This document shows, one piece after another, positions 13,829-27,659 of a stretch of DNA of 64,000 nucleotides. The stretch lies in assembly GCF_009914755.1 (NCBI RefSeq), contig NC_060931.1; one strand, 5' to 3'. The notes below the pieces were generated by a model. The model made no database searches. It worked only from the letters and a program-made list of their open reading frames with translations, and was not told where the DNA came from. The stretch comes from the human T2T-CHM13v2.0 reference genome, Homo sapiens. Position numbers and translations under genes: made by a program. Within the stretch, counting starts at the first letter, position 1. Every line of letters starts with the position of its first letter.

Positions 13829-14283
13829 TTTTTTTTTTTTTTTTGCAATTTTGTAACTTTATTTGATGTATTTGACGATCAGCGATTAGTTCTCATCCAC
13901 ACTGACTGTCTGTAGATTTTTGAAAGTGGTAACAGGTACATAGGTAACCAAGGTATAGAGCTTACTTGGTGAATTTTCATCCTCATTACGTTTTCTGGAC
14001 AACCGCACACGGATACGGTATGGGTCATCCCTTACTCCTTTACCCAGACTACTTTGTTGTGCCTCATATCAATGCGCACATCTGGAGTTCCCATCTCCTT
14101 CATGGCAAATTGCGGAATCTCTGAGTTCCCGACGGGCACGCTTCTTGAATCCCACTCCATGGACACACTTGGGAATATTGATGGTGTATTCTCGGGTCAC
14201 CACCTCGTTGATGGCAGAATGGCCGTTTTTCTTCTGGCCACCCTTCTTTGCGGGAGCCATTCTACTGGGTCCAAGTTGGAAAG
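13829..14283 (-). pseudogene. RPL31: Processed pseudogene of ribosomal protein L31
   Basis: Translation [29 protein letters not shown]...GVGFKKRA from ATG 14260. Frameshift near 14125, native stop at 13886-13888. No introns; AATAAA and poly(A) (T-run 13829-13844); 5'UTR to about 14283. Confidence 0.96.
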
Positions 14284-16221
14284 CAATATATATATATATA
14301 TATATATATTTTTTTTAAGCCTGGCTTTTTCAGTTTGGGTAAGGCAATTAATCCAATTATATATATTTTATATGAAATAGCAATTCTTATAAAATTATGA
14401 TAAAAGGTGTAAAGTTAAAGTTGAAAATGTCTATGGTGATATGTTCTATAATACTACCAATTCCAGTCACTCATAGAGTATGCACACAAAGGAAAGAGAG
14501 GAGCTTTTATCATATTCTAGCCATTTGTCTGTTAGTGCACTAAGGGCTCATTTTATACTTTCTATTTTAATACCTATAGCATTCTATGAAGGCAGACATT
14601 GTCCATAGCTTTCAAATGAGGAAGCTGAGTCTTCAGATGTTTCATACCCTCTAAAATAAAATAGTTTTTATGTAACAGAGCTAAAAATTAAACAGATCTA
14701 GAAACTCCAGTTATTTTCTTACAAAATCTACATCAAACTAGTTTTTAAAAATCTTTGTGCTAATAATGCATCTCAACTGACTGATGATCATTCTTCAAGG
14801 AGAGCAGTTTTCTAATCTTTGGAATATATATGGTCTGGCAGATTCTATGTGAACTCTCCTTAGTATCACTTTATACTTTTCCCATTGATACCCTATTATT
14901 TTGCCATCTCTTCTGTCTAAGAAGCATTAATCATTGATTAAGGGACAGGTATTAATCATTGATTACTGCCATACATAGGACAGAAGAAAGCCTGCGATAG
15001 CAAGGGAGCAAATATTGGATCTTGGCACAACTTAACCTCCTCCTTCACCCATCCCACATACAATCTTTATCCTAGATCTATAGAAGAGAACTGGGGACAA
15101 GACAGATTAATGAAAAACAATTAAGAGAAAAAAAAGAAAAATGTTGAGAAATAGTACCCACTCCATCACTTCATATGACCTTTATGTATGTTAACATGTT
15201 TCTACCTCTTAAATATTTCTTTGACTGAATTGTAAAACAGCTCATTATTTTTTTAAAAAAGATATATCACTTACCATGAATATTCCCATGCAACATATAT
15301 TAAAGAAAATCCAAAAAAGATAAATATAGCGATAAACTTTCCATTCAAATCTAATATCTGAAACCATATTATACATAAATATACCCTAGTGCATGCTTGG
15401 CTTTTTCAATAAGTAGATGATGAATATATAGTAGTCTGCAATATGAATTAAATCTTAAGAAGATATTGTCCTCCTTATACAGAACCTATTTCACTTTTTT
15501 TCTAAAAGTAGAATACAATTTTACTTTTTCCCATAGTAACCTACTTCTATGTCTAAAAAATGGGATTTAGCACTCTTCGTAAAAATAGAAGTAATATGTC
15601 ACTATTACCTTTAATAAAAGTTAATATTAATTTCATTAGAAAAATTTCTATTGATATGGTGAAAGTACAACTTGAACGTATGTCCAGAGAACAAAGGGCT
15701 ATTAAAATATTACTTCAGTGTCCCATGAGCTCAAGTCTTTGAAATTAAACAGGTGTGGATTCAAAGACTTTGTCTATCTCTATGACCTTGTAATTCCTCT
15801 ACCATAGGGGTCGGAGTGTCAGGGTATTGCAAAGATCCAAGAAAATGATGTGTAAAAATGAGCATATGTCTCAAATGTCTGTACAATGGTAGGGATGCAA
15901 AAAGTTTGCTTCCTTTCTCCTTTGCTATATTCTGTTATTTCCTCCACTTTTTACTAGTCTTTGTAAAGAACTTACTGTATGACACCCAAGAGGTCAGTAT
16001 GTATATTTATTTGTGCCTTAACTATTCCACGTCTTCCCACCATTCACTGTAGACTGTCTCAACTATAAGACTTTTATAAGTCAAATTCTTTCTTTTAAAA
16101 CTACATGGGACAGTAGAAAGCCTGAGCCAGTGATAGCAAGGGAGCAAATATTGGATTTTGACACAACTTAAAATTATTTATTTTGGTCTTTCATTTCTTT
16201 CTCCAGTATTGCCTAGAGTTA

Positions 16222-16505
<284 letters not shown>

Positions 16506-17577
16506 TCACTAAGTAAGTTAATGTAATTCGATCAAATATAAGATAAGAGGAAAGGGAAGAACACATATCTGGGTGAAGCCATGTGTAGGACATCTGGCGT
16601 AATCTACTGTTGACTGTTGGGTCTTGGGGAATTTGTGCTTGGTCTGTGTATATCAGTGCTTCATTCAGTCAGATTCATCCTGCAGATGTTAATTCCACAC
16701 TTAAGGTTAAACTACGTGCAAAATACAGTAGAATGTAAACTTCATGAAGGTAGGGATTTCTTTTTTTTTTTTTTTTCTGTTTTGTTCGTCAATGAAACCC
16801 CAGAATCTAGAAACATCCCTGGCACAATTTAACAATACGTATTTGTAGGATAAAGCAACTTTCTTAAAGATAAAGTTCAAATTTCATGATATGGTTGACA
16901 ACGTTTTCCTCAATGAAGCCCTTGTCTAACTCTTCAGAGTAGCCTCATGCTACCCCTCACACTCTCGCTGTGATTCAATCATACTGGGTTCATTCTTCCA
17001 GTGTGCGACTTCTTTTCTTGAACTTTTTTTTTTTTAATCTGGAATACTTTCTTATTTCACTTCTACTTCTGATTTCTGCTTAGTAAATTACACGGAAAAT
17101 TCAAGTTACAGCTCAAACAAACATCCTCAGGAAAAACCTTCCTAATCACTATGAATACATCGTTTTGTACTAACCATCTCATAAAATGTATGACCTTAAA
17201 TTATTTGCCTTAATTCTGTCTTCAGCACTAGAATAAAAGCAGCAAAAATTAGCCAGATCTTCTTTGTTCACAATTCTTACTTTATTGTTAAATCCCCAAA
17301 TTTATGTGTAACAGTGAGAATTAAAATGCAGTGGGTCTAACAAAGTAGGTGCATTAGAATAACAGACATTTTTAGTGGGAGAAAGTATTCAAAATTAGAC
17401 AGAAAATGGTGTCACTGTTAGAACTGTTTCCTCAACATTCTTAAATGAAGATGATCAATAATTTTTAGTTCTTATATTAAGTTTAAGTTTTAATATTACT
17501 ACCTGCTAATTAAAAGAAAATAATTTTGAATCTGTGCTTCTTTCTGCATGCTCTAAAAGCATTTCAATAGATCAATT

Positions 17578-17982
17578 TACATATGCACCATGGACTACTA
17601 TGCAGCTATAAAACAATGAAATCATGTCCTTTACAGCAACATGGATAGGCCTGGAGGCCATAATCCTAAGCAAATCAATGCAGGAACGGAAAACCAAAGA
17701 CCACATGTTCTCACTTATAAATGGGAGCTAAACGCTGAGCACACATGGACATAAATATGGGAAAAATAAACACTGTGGACTACTAGAAAGTGGAGGGAGG
17801 AGGAGGTTAAAAAATTAAAAAACCCACCTATCAGGCTGGCACTATGCTCACTACCTGGGTAACAGTATCCACACTCTAAACCTCAGCATCACACAATATT
17901 CCCATGTAACAAATCTGCACATGAATCCTCTGTATCTAAAATAAAAGTTGAAATTAAGTAAAAAATTAAAAGTAAATAAATA
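17578..17982 (+). mobile_element. L1 (L1PB/L1MA-like) 3' end
   Basis: 'catgttctcacttataaatgggagctaa'; A-rich tail; TSD 'aataga(t/c)caatt' at 17566-17577 and 17983-17994. Confidence 0.88.
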
Positions 17983-18619
17983 AATAGACCAATTATTATC
18001 TGTTTATCGAAGGCTTGAAAAAAATTACCACTATCCCTAGCTGAGACTAATCCTTTTGAATGTAATCACTCCATCTTCTTTTTCTTTAATCTCCTCTTCC
18101 TCTTTCTACTTCTTCAAATAGCTTTTTTTATTGATTACAGAAATAAAGTTTGCAAATATAAAAATATCAATTTCAAAAGTGTAATACCTTCTGCCAAATC
18201 TCCTTCCTCGTGGAAATGAAGAACTTCTTGTGAATTATTAAAAACATTCTATTTATATGGTACTATATATGCATACGTATTCCTTTGGAATGTGTATATA
18301 TATGGTATTTGTTTGTAGATACTTTCAAATGGTGGTAATCAAGATTCATAAATAATGCATATGAAATTAACAAATTTGAGACATCTGTTTAACTCTCTCT
18401 CTCCATAAATGTATATAAATTTAAATTTGTACATATCTGTGTATATATGTATAGAGATATGTACATACACAAATTTACACAGATGCATGTACAAACACAA
18501 ATAGTATATAGTTTCTTGCACATAGTAAGTTCCATTTAAGGGTTAACTGGTATTCACGTTCTTATCATCAGATTGTACATTTAAAAAATATATTTAAGTC
18601 ACAGGGTTTATTAAGATCT

Positions 18620-19140
18620 AAAAAATAAGCATTCTTACATATCTCCTTGGGAATGTAAACAGATACAAATTCTTTGAAAGGCAATTTGGCAAAATTTTAA
18701 CTACTCAAGTAGCAATTGATACTAAATATATACTTTGATATCTATGTATAGATTATAAATGCTTCTTATGCTATCAGTTTTAATAGCAAAATATACAAAC
18801 AACTTAAGTGTCCATTATAGATATATTTCTACCATGAATTATTATGTAGGCCTCAATAAAACTGAAATAAAGATGTATTTGCTACTATGTGAAGGTATTC
18901 GAAGTGTATTTTAAGTGGAAAAAATACAAAAATATACATAGCATTTATTCTATTTGTCAACAAAATAAAAACACGTACATGCAGATGTGCAAATATCTGG
19001 TAACTGAAATTTTCTCGGAGGAAATAAACTATTATGATAGTAGTCTTAATGAATGTAAATAGGATCTTCAATGAGATATTTTATTTACTTTACATATTTT
19101 TGTGAACATTTATATATGTGTATATATACACTTTAAAAAT
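18620..19140 (+). mobile_element. Very old L1 (L1ME-like) 3' remnant
   Basis: 'tgggaatgtaaac...gaaaggcaatttggcaa' and 'aacaacttaagtgtcca'. Confidence 0.5.
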
Positions 19141-19994
19141 CAGATATACTTTTCATAATTAAATAATTCCAATTATCAAAATAATTTTAAAAAATCAAAA
19201 CAGACCAAGAGCCTCTCAGGTGAATACAGCTGAAATTTCCAACTTGTGTATCTCAAAATACACACTTAAAAAGCAGGCTGGCTCATATTATAGGAGCACA
19301 AGCATTGAAATACAGCTATATTTAGTTGCTCTAAAGAGTGAGTTTTTACTATATCTCATAAAATAAATTGCAGGGTTAAATATTTATAACAGGCTGTTAG
19401 GAAAATACTCTGCCTATTGCTATTCAAATTTCTTTTCAATAGTATCTATTTTAATTGCCAAGAACATGTGAGTTTGAGCAACATTAAACTAGCAATAAAG
19501 TCTTAAGCTGAAGAGCACTTTATTTGTGAAAGTAGGTATAATCTAAATTGCTACAGCTATAGCTACAGCAACATACATGTCTAGGACTTTCTTTGAATTA
19601 CCATAAAAAATACTCTACTAGGAATAGTAAGTGGCCTTTTAAATTCCTTTTGAGTAGTAATAGCATTTTGAGTGTTGGAACAACATGGAAAGGAAATAGA
19701 AACTGATCTGGATAAAATAAATTCCCAGGAAATGTTAACAGTGTCTTGTTGTTACACTAAATAGTACAGAAGCTGGAGAGGTGAACAATTTCAGCTTGGT
19801 ACCAATAATTATCATTTTGAACAAGCGTCTTGTCATCATATGTTATCAGTATGTAAGATAATCACATGGTCAACAAAAAGATGATTTGATTGCAGATTTG
19901 TGCCAAGAAGTGAGCTAGGTTCTAGGAAGATAATAGTTAACAACACATAAATAGTTCTTGCTCTAATGGGTACTACAGTCTGGAGTCTTGGTGT

Positions 19995-20307
19995 GGGGTT
20001 GGGGTGATGGGGGTTGGGGGGATGGCGGTGGAAGGGTGGATGCGGAGGTGGAAATGGTTTCAGGATGAAATGTTCCACCTTAGATTATCAGGCATTCCAT
20101 TCTCATGTGCAACCTAGATTCCTCACATGTGCAGTTCACAATAAGGTTCATGCTCAGAATCTAATGCCACCATTGATCTGACAGGAGGCAGAGCTCAGGT
20201 GGTAATGCTTGCTTGCCCACTTGCTGCTCACCTCCTGCTGTGCAGTCCGGTTCCTACCAGGCCACAGACTGACACTGGTGTGTAGCTCAGGGGTTGAGGG
20301 ACCCTAG
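19995..20307 (+). mobile_element. MER1B-like hAT (Charlie) fossil with its 5' end missing
   Basis: 'ggtttcaggatgaaa...gatctgacaggaggcagagctcagg...ggggttgagggaccc'. Confidence 0.8.
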
Positions 20308-20309
20308 GG

Positions 20310-20590
20310 TACAGTAATATCCTAGGCCTTCACATTCACTTACTACTCACTCACTCACTCACTCACTCACTCACTCACTCACCCAGAGCAACTTCTAGTC
20401 CTACAAGCTCTGTTCATCATAAGTGCCATATTAATCTTTTATACCATAATTTTGCCATACCTTTTCTATGTTAAGATATGTTTAAAGGCACAAAAACTTA
20501 CTATTGTGTTACGTTTACTCACAGTATGCAGTAAAGTAGCATGCTGTACAAGTTTGTAGTGTAGGAGCTATAGGCTACACCATATGTCTT
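20310..20590 (+). mobile_element. Tigger1-like fragment with (CACT)n
   Basis: 'tcctaggccttcacattcac...cacccagagcaactt' and 'taggagctataggctacaccat'. Confidence 0.75.
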
Positions 20591-21680
20591 AGGGAACTCT
20601 GTAACATTTTAGTATTCCTAAATGCTAATTATTGTTGTTGCTATTGTTGTTAATTTACTGGTTTTGTAAAGCCAGGTTAATTTATCTACTCATTTTAAAA
20701 GCAGAAAAAATTAATGAAAATGATTGCATAAGTTGAAATTGTATAAACATATTAAAATAATAATTACCCATTTATAGGAAAATTTTTATCTGTAAGAGCT
20801 AAAAAACTTGATAAAATCTATACCTGATGTATTGTAGATTACAGCAATCATCTTTTATGATGTTCTAGAATACCTGTGTGGGTTGTGGTGTGTGAGTATG
20901 TAAGTCAGTGCATGCTTCTCCTTCTCTCTGCATTCATATTTATATTTTCTAGGAAATGTGCTTAAATCAGTCTCATTTTATAGACAATGAATATAAATTC
21001 AGAAATTACAAGAATCTTTCAAAGAAAGGGAACAGTGCAAGTGAAACACTGAGGAAACTATTGGGTATTTTATTTCTGTGAAAAGATAATGGTAAAGTCC
21101 AATTTTGACAAACGCTATACTGTTTTATTATAGTTAAATTTCATTATACCTATAGTGAGCACATTGTTAGAAATCATATTCATAGCTCTAGCAGCTGATG
21201 ATGAAATGTGGCTCAGGCTGCTTCTCTGTAATGAATTCAAATGAAAATTGCTTTGATCTCAAGAAGAAAAACAGTGCCCATACAAAACCTTCATCCTCTA
21301 AGCACCAAAAGTATTATAAGGATAATTTTATTTTGCTAGGCTACTTGTGAAAATATATTTTTAAATAGGTTGACAGATTTTGGAATTTTGGAGCAATGAG
21401 TAAGATTGAAAGGTAATGGCATTTTTATAGGAAGTCAAAAGAGTCAATGTTAGAATTCAGTTTACTTTTGTTTTTTGCCTTACCAAAAATATAATCATAA
21501 GCCAACAAAGTACTGTTTATAGAGAAAATTGCTGCTCTGAGATTGACAGAGAAATTCTGTGTTGTACAGGGTTTGGCTTTGAGTGGATTTCCTTATAAAC
21601 TGATCAAGAAAGCCCTGTTATAACAGATGTTCATATGTAAATTTTATTAATGATATTCAAGGGGGAAGGGTTTTACTGAA

Positions 21681-21838
21681 ATATATATATATGTGTGTGT
21701 GTATGTGTGTGTATATATATGTGTATATGTATATGTATGCATATGTGTATATGTATGCATATATGTGTATATATATGTGTATATATGTGTATATGTATGC
21801 ATATATGTGTATATATATGTATATATAACACACATATG
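21681..21838. repeat. (TA/TG)n compound microsatellite
   Basis: Seen directly. Confidence 0.95.
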
Positions 21839-21839
21839 A

Positions 21840-22690
<851 letters not shown>

Positions 22691-22890
22691 ATCAGCAGGG
22701 TCCAGGGACCGTTGCAGGTTCTTGGGCAAGAGGTGTTTCTGCTGCTGCGTCAGTGAGTGCAACTATTCTGATCAGCAGGGTCCAGGGACTGTTGCAGGTT
22801 CTTGGGCAAGAGGTGTTTCTGCTGCTGCATTGGCAAGTGTGACTATTCTGATCAGCAGGGTCCAGGGACTGTTGCGGGTTCTTGGGCAGG
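22691..22890 (+). repeat. About 2.5 copies of an 80-bp tandem repeat in the ERV pre-gag leader
   Basis: 'atcagcagggtccaggga' at 22691, 22771 and 22851. Confidence 0.92.
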
Positions 22891-22934
22891 GGGAGAACAA
22901 ACAAACCAAAACCATGGGTGGTTTTGTCTTTCAG

Positions 22935-24391
22935 AAGGAAGCACTCAGGCATCAACAGGCTCACCCTTGAAATGCATCCTAAGCCATTGGGACCAAATTG
23001 ACCCACAAACCCTGAAAAAGAGGTGGCTCATTTTTTTCTGCACTATGGCCTGGCCCCAATATTCTTTCTCTGATGGGGAAAAATGGCCACCTAAGGGAAG
23101 TACAAATTACAATACTATCCTGCAGCTTGACCTTTTCTGTAAGAGGGAAGGCAAATGGAGTGAAATACCTTATGTCCAAGCTTTCTTTTCATTGAAGGAG
23201 AATCCACAACTATGCAAAGCTTGCAATTTACATCCCACAGGAGGACCTCTCAGCTTACCCCCATATCCTAGCCTCCCTATAGCTCCCCTTCCTCTTAATG
23301 ATAAGCCTCCTCCAATCTCCCCTGCCCAGAAGGAAACAAGCAAAGAAATCTCCAAAGGAACAAAAACCCCTGGGCTATCAATTATGTCCCCTTCAAGCTG
23401 TAGGGGGAGGGGAATTTGGCCCAACCCGAATACATATCCCCTTCTCCCTCTCTGATTTAAAGCAGATCAAGGCAGACCTGGGGAAGTTTTCAGATGATTC
23501 TGATAGGTACATAGATGTCCTACAGGGTCTAGGGCAAACCTTCAATCTCATTTGGAGAGATGTCAGGCTATTGTTAGATCAAACCCTGGCTTTTAATGAA
23601 AAGAATGCAGCTTTGGCTGCAGCCTGAGAGTTTGGAGATACCTGGTATCTTAGTCAAGTAAATGATAGAATGACAGCATCAGAAAGGGGCAAATTCCCTA
23701 CCGGTGAGCAAGCCATCCCCAGTATGGATCCCCACTGCGACCTCAACTCAGATCATGGGGACTGGAGTCATAAACATCTGTTGACCTGTGTTCTGGAAGG
23801 ACTAAGGAGAATTAGGAAAAAGCCCATGAATTATTCAATGATGTCTACCATAACTCAGGAAAAGGAAGAAAATCCTTCTGCCTTCCTCGAGTGGCTACGG
23901 GAGACCTTAAGAAAATATACTCCTGTGTCACCTGACTCACTTGAGAGTCAATTGATCCTAAAAGATAAGTTTATTACCCAATCAGCAGCGGATATCAGGA
24001 GAAAGCTCCCAAAGTGAGCCCTGGGCCCTGAACAAAACCTGGAGGCATTATAAAACCTGGCAACCTCGGTGTTCTATAATAGGGACCAAGAAGAACAGGC
24101 CTAAAAGGAAAAGTGAGATAGAAAAAGGCTGCAGCCTTAGTCGTGGCCCTCAGACAAACAAACCTTGGTGGTTCAGAGAGGACAGAAAATGGAGCAGGCC
24201 AATCACCTGGTAGGGCTTGTTATTGGTGTGGTTTACTAGGACACCTTAAAAAAGATTGTCCAACCAGAAACAAGCTGCCCCCTTGCCCATGTCCACTACG
24301 CTGAGGCAATCACTGGAAGGCACACTGCCCCAGAGGACAAAGGTTCTCTGGGCCAGAAGCCCCCAACCAGATGATCCAACAATAGAACTGA
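22935..24391 (+). pseudogene. HERV9 gag, disrupted
   Basis: [18 protein letters not shown]..., [29 protein letters not shown]-like QEKEENPSAFLEWL, zinc knuckle CYWCGLLGHLKKDC near 24218. Start codon mutated; several stops and frameshifts. Confidence 0.9.
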
Positions 24392-26640
24392 GGGTGCCCA
24401 GGGCAAGCATCAGCTCATGTCATCACCCTCACTGAGCCCTGGGTATGTTTAACCATTGAGGGCCACAAAATTGACTTCCTCCTGGACACTGGTGCGGCCT
24501 TGTCAGTGTTAATCTCCTGTCCCAGCTGACTGTCCTCAAAGTCCGTTACCATCCAAGGAATCCTAGGACAGCCTGTAACCAGGTATTTCTTCCACCTTCT
24601 CAGTTGCAATTGGGAGACTTTGCTCTTTTCACATGCCTTTCTTGTCATGGCTGAAAGTCCCACACCCTTATTAGGGAGGGATATATGAGCCAAAGCTGGA
24701 GCTATTATCTACATGAATATGGGGAACAAGTTACCCACTTGTCATCCCCTACTTGAGGAGGGAATCAACCCTGAAGTCTGGGCATTGGAAGGACAATTTG
24801 GATGGGCAAAAAATGCCCACCAAGTCCAAATCAGGCTAAAAGATCCCACCACTTTTCCTTATCAAAGGCAATACCCCTTAAGGCCTGAAGCTCATAAAGT
24901 ATTATAGAATATTGTTAAACATTTAAAAGCTCAAGCCTTAGTAAAGAAATGCAGCAGTCCCTGCCACACCCGAATTCTAGGAGTACAAAAACCGAACGGT
25001 CAGTGGAGACTAGTGCAAGGTCTTAGACTCATCAATGAGGCAGTAATTCCTCTATATCCAGTTGTACACAACCTCTATACCCTGCTCTCTCAAATACCAG
25101 AGGAAACAGAATGGTTCACGGTTCTGGACCTCAAGGATGCCTTCTTCTGTATTCCCCTGCACTCTGACTCCCTGTTTCTGTTTGCCGTTGAGGATCCCAC
25201 AGATCACACATCCCAACTTACATGGACCGTCTTGCCCTAAGGGTTTAGGGATAGCCCTCATCTATTTGGTCAGGCACTGGCCCAAGATCTAGGGACATGC
25301 CACTTTTAAGAGCCATTTCTCAAGTCCAGGCACTCTGGTCCTTCGGTATGTGGATGATTTACTTTTGGCTACCAGTTCAGTAGCCTCATGCCAGCAGGCT
25401 ACTCTAGATCTCTTGAACTTTCTAGCTAATCAAGGGTACAAGGCATCTAGGTTGAAGGCCCAGCTTTGCCTACAGCAGGTCAAATATCTAGGCCTAATCT
25501 TAGCCAGAGGGACCAGGGCACTCAGCAAGGAACAAATACAGCCTATACTGGCTTATCCTCACCCTAAGACATTAAAACAGTTGCGGGGGTTCCTTGGAAT
25601 CACTGGCTTTTGCTGACTATGGATTCCCAGATACAGCAAGATAGCCAGGCCCCTCTATACTGTAATCAAGGAGACTCAGAGGGCAAGTACTCATCTAGTA
25701 GAATGGGAACTAGGGACAGAAACAGCCTTCAAAACCTTAAAGCAGGCCCTAGTACAATCTCCAGCTTTAAGCCTTCCCACAGGACAAAACTTCTCTTTAT
25801 ACATCACAGAGAGGGCAGAGATAGCTCTTGGTGTCCTTATTCAGACTCATGGGACAACCCCACAACCAGTGGCACACCTAAGTAAGGAAATTGATGTAGT
25901 AGCAAAAGGCTGGCCTCACTGTTTATGGGTAGCTGTGGTGGTGGCTGTCTTAGTGTCAGAAGCTATCAAAATAATACAAGGAAAGGATCTCACTGTCTGG
26001 ACTACTCATGATGTAATGGCATACTAGGTGCCAAAAGAAGTTTATGGCTATCAGACAACCACCTGCTTAGATACCAGGCACTACTCCTTGAGGGACTGGT
26101 GCTTCAAGTGCGTATGTGTGTGGCCCTCAGCCCTGCCACTTTTCTCCCAGAGGATGGAGAGCCGGTTGAGCATGGCTGCCAACAGGTTGTAGTCCAGACT
26201 TATTCCACCCGAGATGATCTCTTAGAAGTACCCTTAGCTAATCCTGACCTTAACCTATATACCAATGGAAGTTCATTTGTGGAAAACGGGATATGAAGGG
26301 CAGGTTATGTCATAGTTAGTGATGTAATCATACTTGCAAGTAAGCCTCTTACCCCAGGGGCCAGCACTCAGTTAGCAGAACTAGTCACACTTACCTTAAC
26401 CTTAGAACTGGGAAAGGGAAAAAGAATAAATATGTATACAGATAGTAAGTATGCTTATCTAATCCTACATGCCCATGCTGCAATATGGAAAGAAAGGGAG
26501 TTCCTAACCTCTGGGGGAACCCCCATTAAGTACAAGGAAATCATGGAGTTATTGCACTCAGTGCAAAAACCAAGGAGGTGGCAGTCTTACACTGCCGAAG
26601 CCATCAAAAAAGGGGAAGGAGAGGGGAGAACAGCAGCGTA
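24392..26640 (+). pseudogene. HERV9 pro-pol (protease, RT, RNase H), disrupted; integrase absent
   Basis: DTG at 24485-24493; LDLKDAFF; YVDD at 25347-25358; RNase H YTDSKYA; multiple stops. Confidence 0.9.
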
Positions 26641-26644
26641 AGTG

Positions 26645-26975
26645 GCTGGCAGAGGCAGGGAAAGACCAGCAGAGAGAAGGAGAGAGACAAAGTCAAAGAC
26701 AGAAGGAAAGAGAGAAAGAGACAAAAAGTCAAAGAGAGAGACAGAGAGAGGAAGAGATGGAAAGTCAAAGAGAGAAAGAAAGGAAGAGACAAAGGAGACA
26801 GAGAGAGAGAAAGAGAAAGATAGGAAGTCAAAGAGAAGGAGACAGAGAGGAAGAGACAGAGAGACAGAAAGTCAAAGAGAGAGACAGAGAGAGGAAGAGA
26901 CAGACAGAAAGTCAAAGAGAGAAGGAAAGAGAGGAAGAGACAAAGGAGTCAAAGAGAGAGAAAGAGATAGAAGTA
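26645..26975 (+). repeat. GA-rich polypurine low-complexity tract inside the ERV
   Basis: Repeated 'gagacagaaagtcaaagagag' units. Confidence 0.9.
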
Positions 26976-27659
26976 GTAAAGAAAAAACATTGTACCCTAT
27001 TCCTTTAAAAGCCGGGGTAAATTTAAAACCTATAATTGATAATTGAAGGTCTTCTCTGTAACCCTATAACACTCCAATACCACCTTGTTTTCAGTGTAAA
27101 CAAGGGTGTAGCCCGAAAACAGGGAGGCCACTGACAACCCATAGCCTTCCTATCAAAAATCCTTAACCCAGCAGGTTTTCTAAAAGGGGATCTAAATCTT
27201 AATTAATTACCATACAAAGGTCAAACCAGATCTAGGAGGAACTTCCTTCAGGACAGGATGATAGATGGTTCCTCCCAGGCGATTAAAGAAAATAAAAAGA
27301 CACATGGGCAGCCAGTAAGTGATAAGGGAACACTAGTAGAAGCAGTTAGGAAAGTTGCCTAATAATTGGTCTACTCAAATGTGTGAGTTGTTCGCACTCA
27401 GCCAAATCTTAAAGTACTTACAGAATTAGGGAGGAGCCATTTACACCAATTCTAAGTTAATATGGACTGAATGAGGTTTTATTAATAGCAAAGAAAAATT
27501 AAAATCCTAAACTTACAAGGTTTTCAACTAAAGTAAATTTTACTAAAAGCTAACAGTGTAACATGCATTATCCTACTACAACACACTCTCAAAGGATTCC
27601 TCAGACAGTTTGCAAGAAATAACAAAATCTATCTGGTAAGGATAGTAACTACAATCCCA

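Noticed and set aside
13820-14321. 'ggcttaaa' / 'tttaagcc' inverted match flanking the RPL31 pseudogene
   Set aside because: Only 8 bp in AT-rich DNA and compatible with chance. No convincing TSD is visible, probably obscured by the (TA)n tract.
22691-22890. Regular repeats resembling a CRISPR array (also LTR12 U3/U5 repeats at 28270-28460 and 28620-29030)
   Set aside because: They are tandem repeats without unique spacers inside a retroviral element in eukaryotic DNA; no cas genes.
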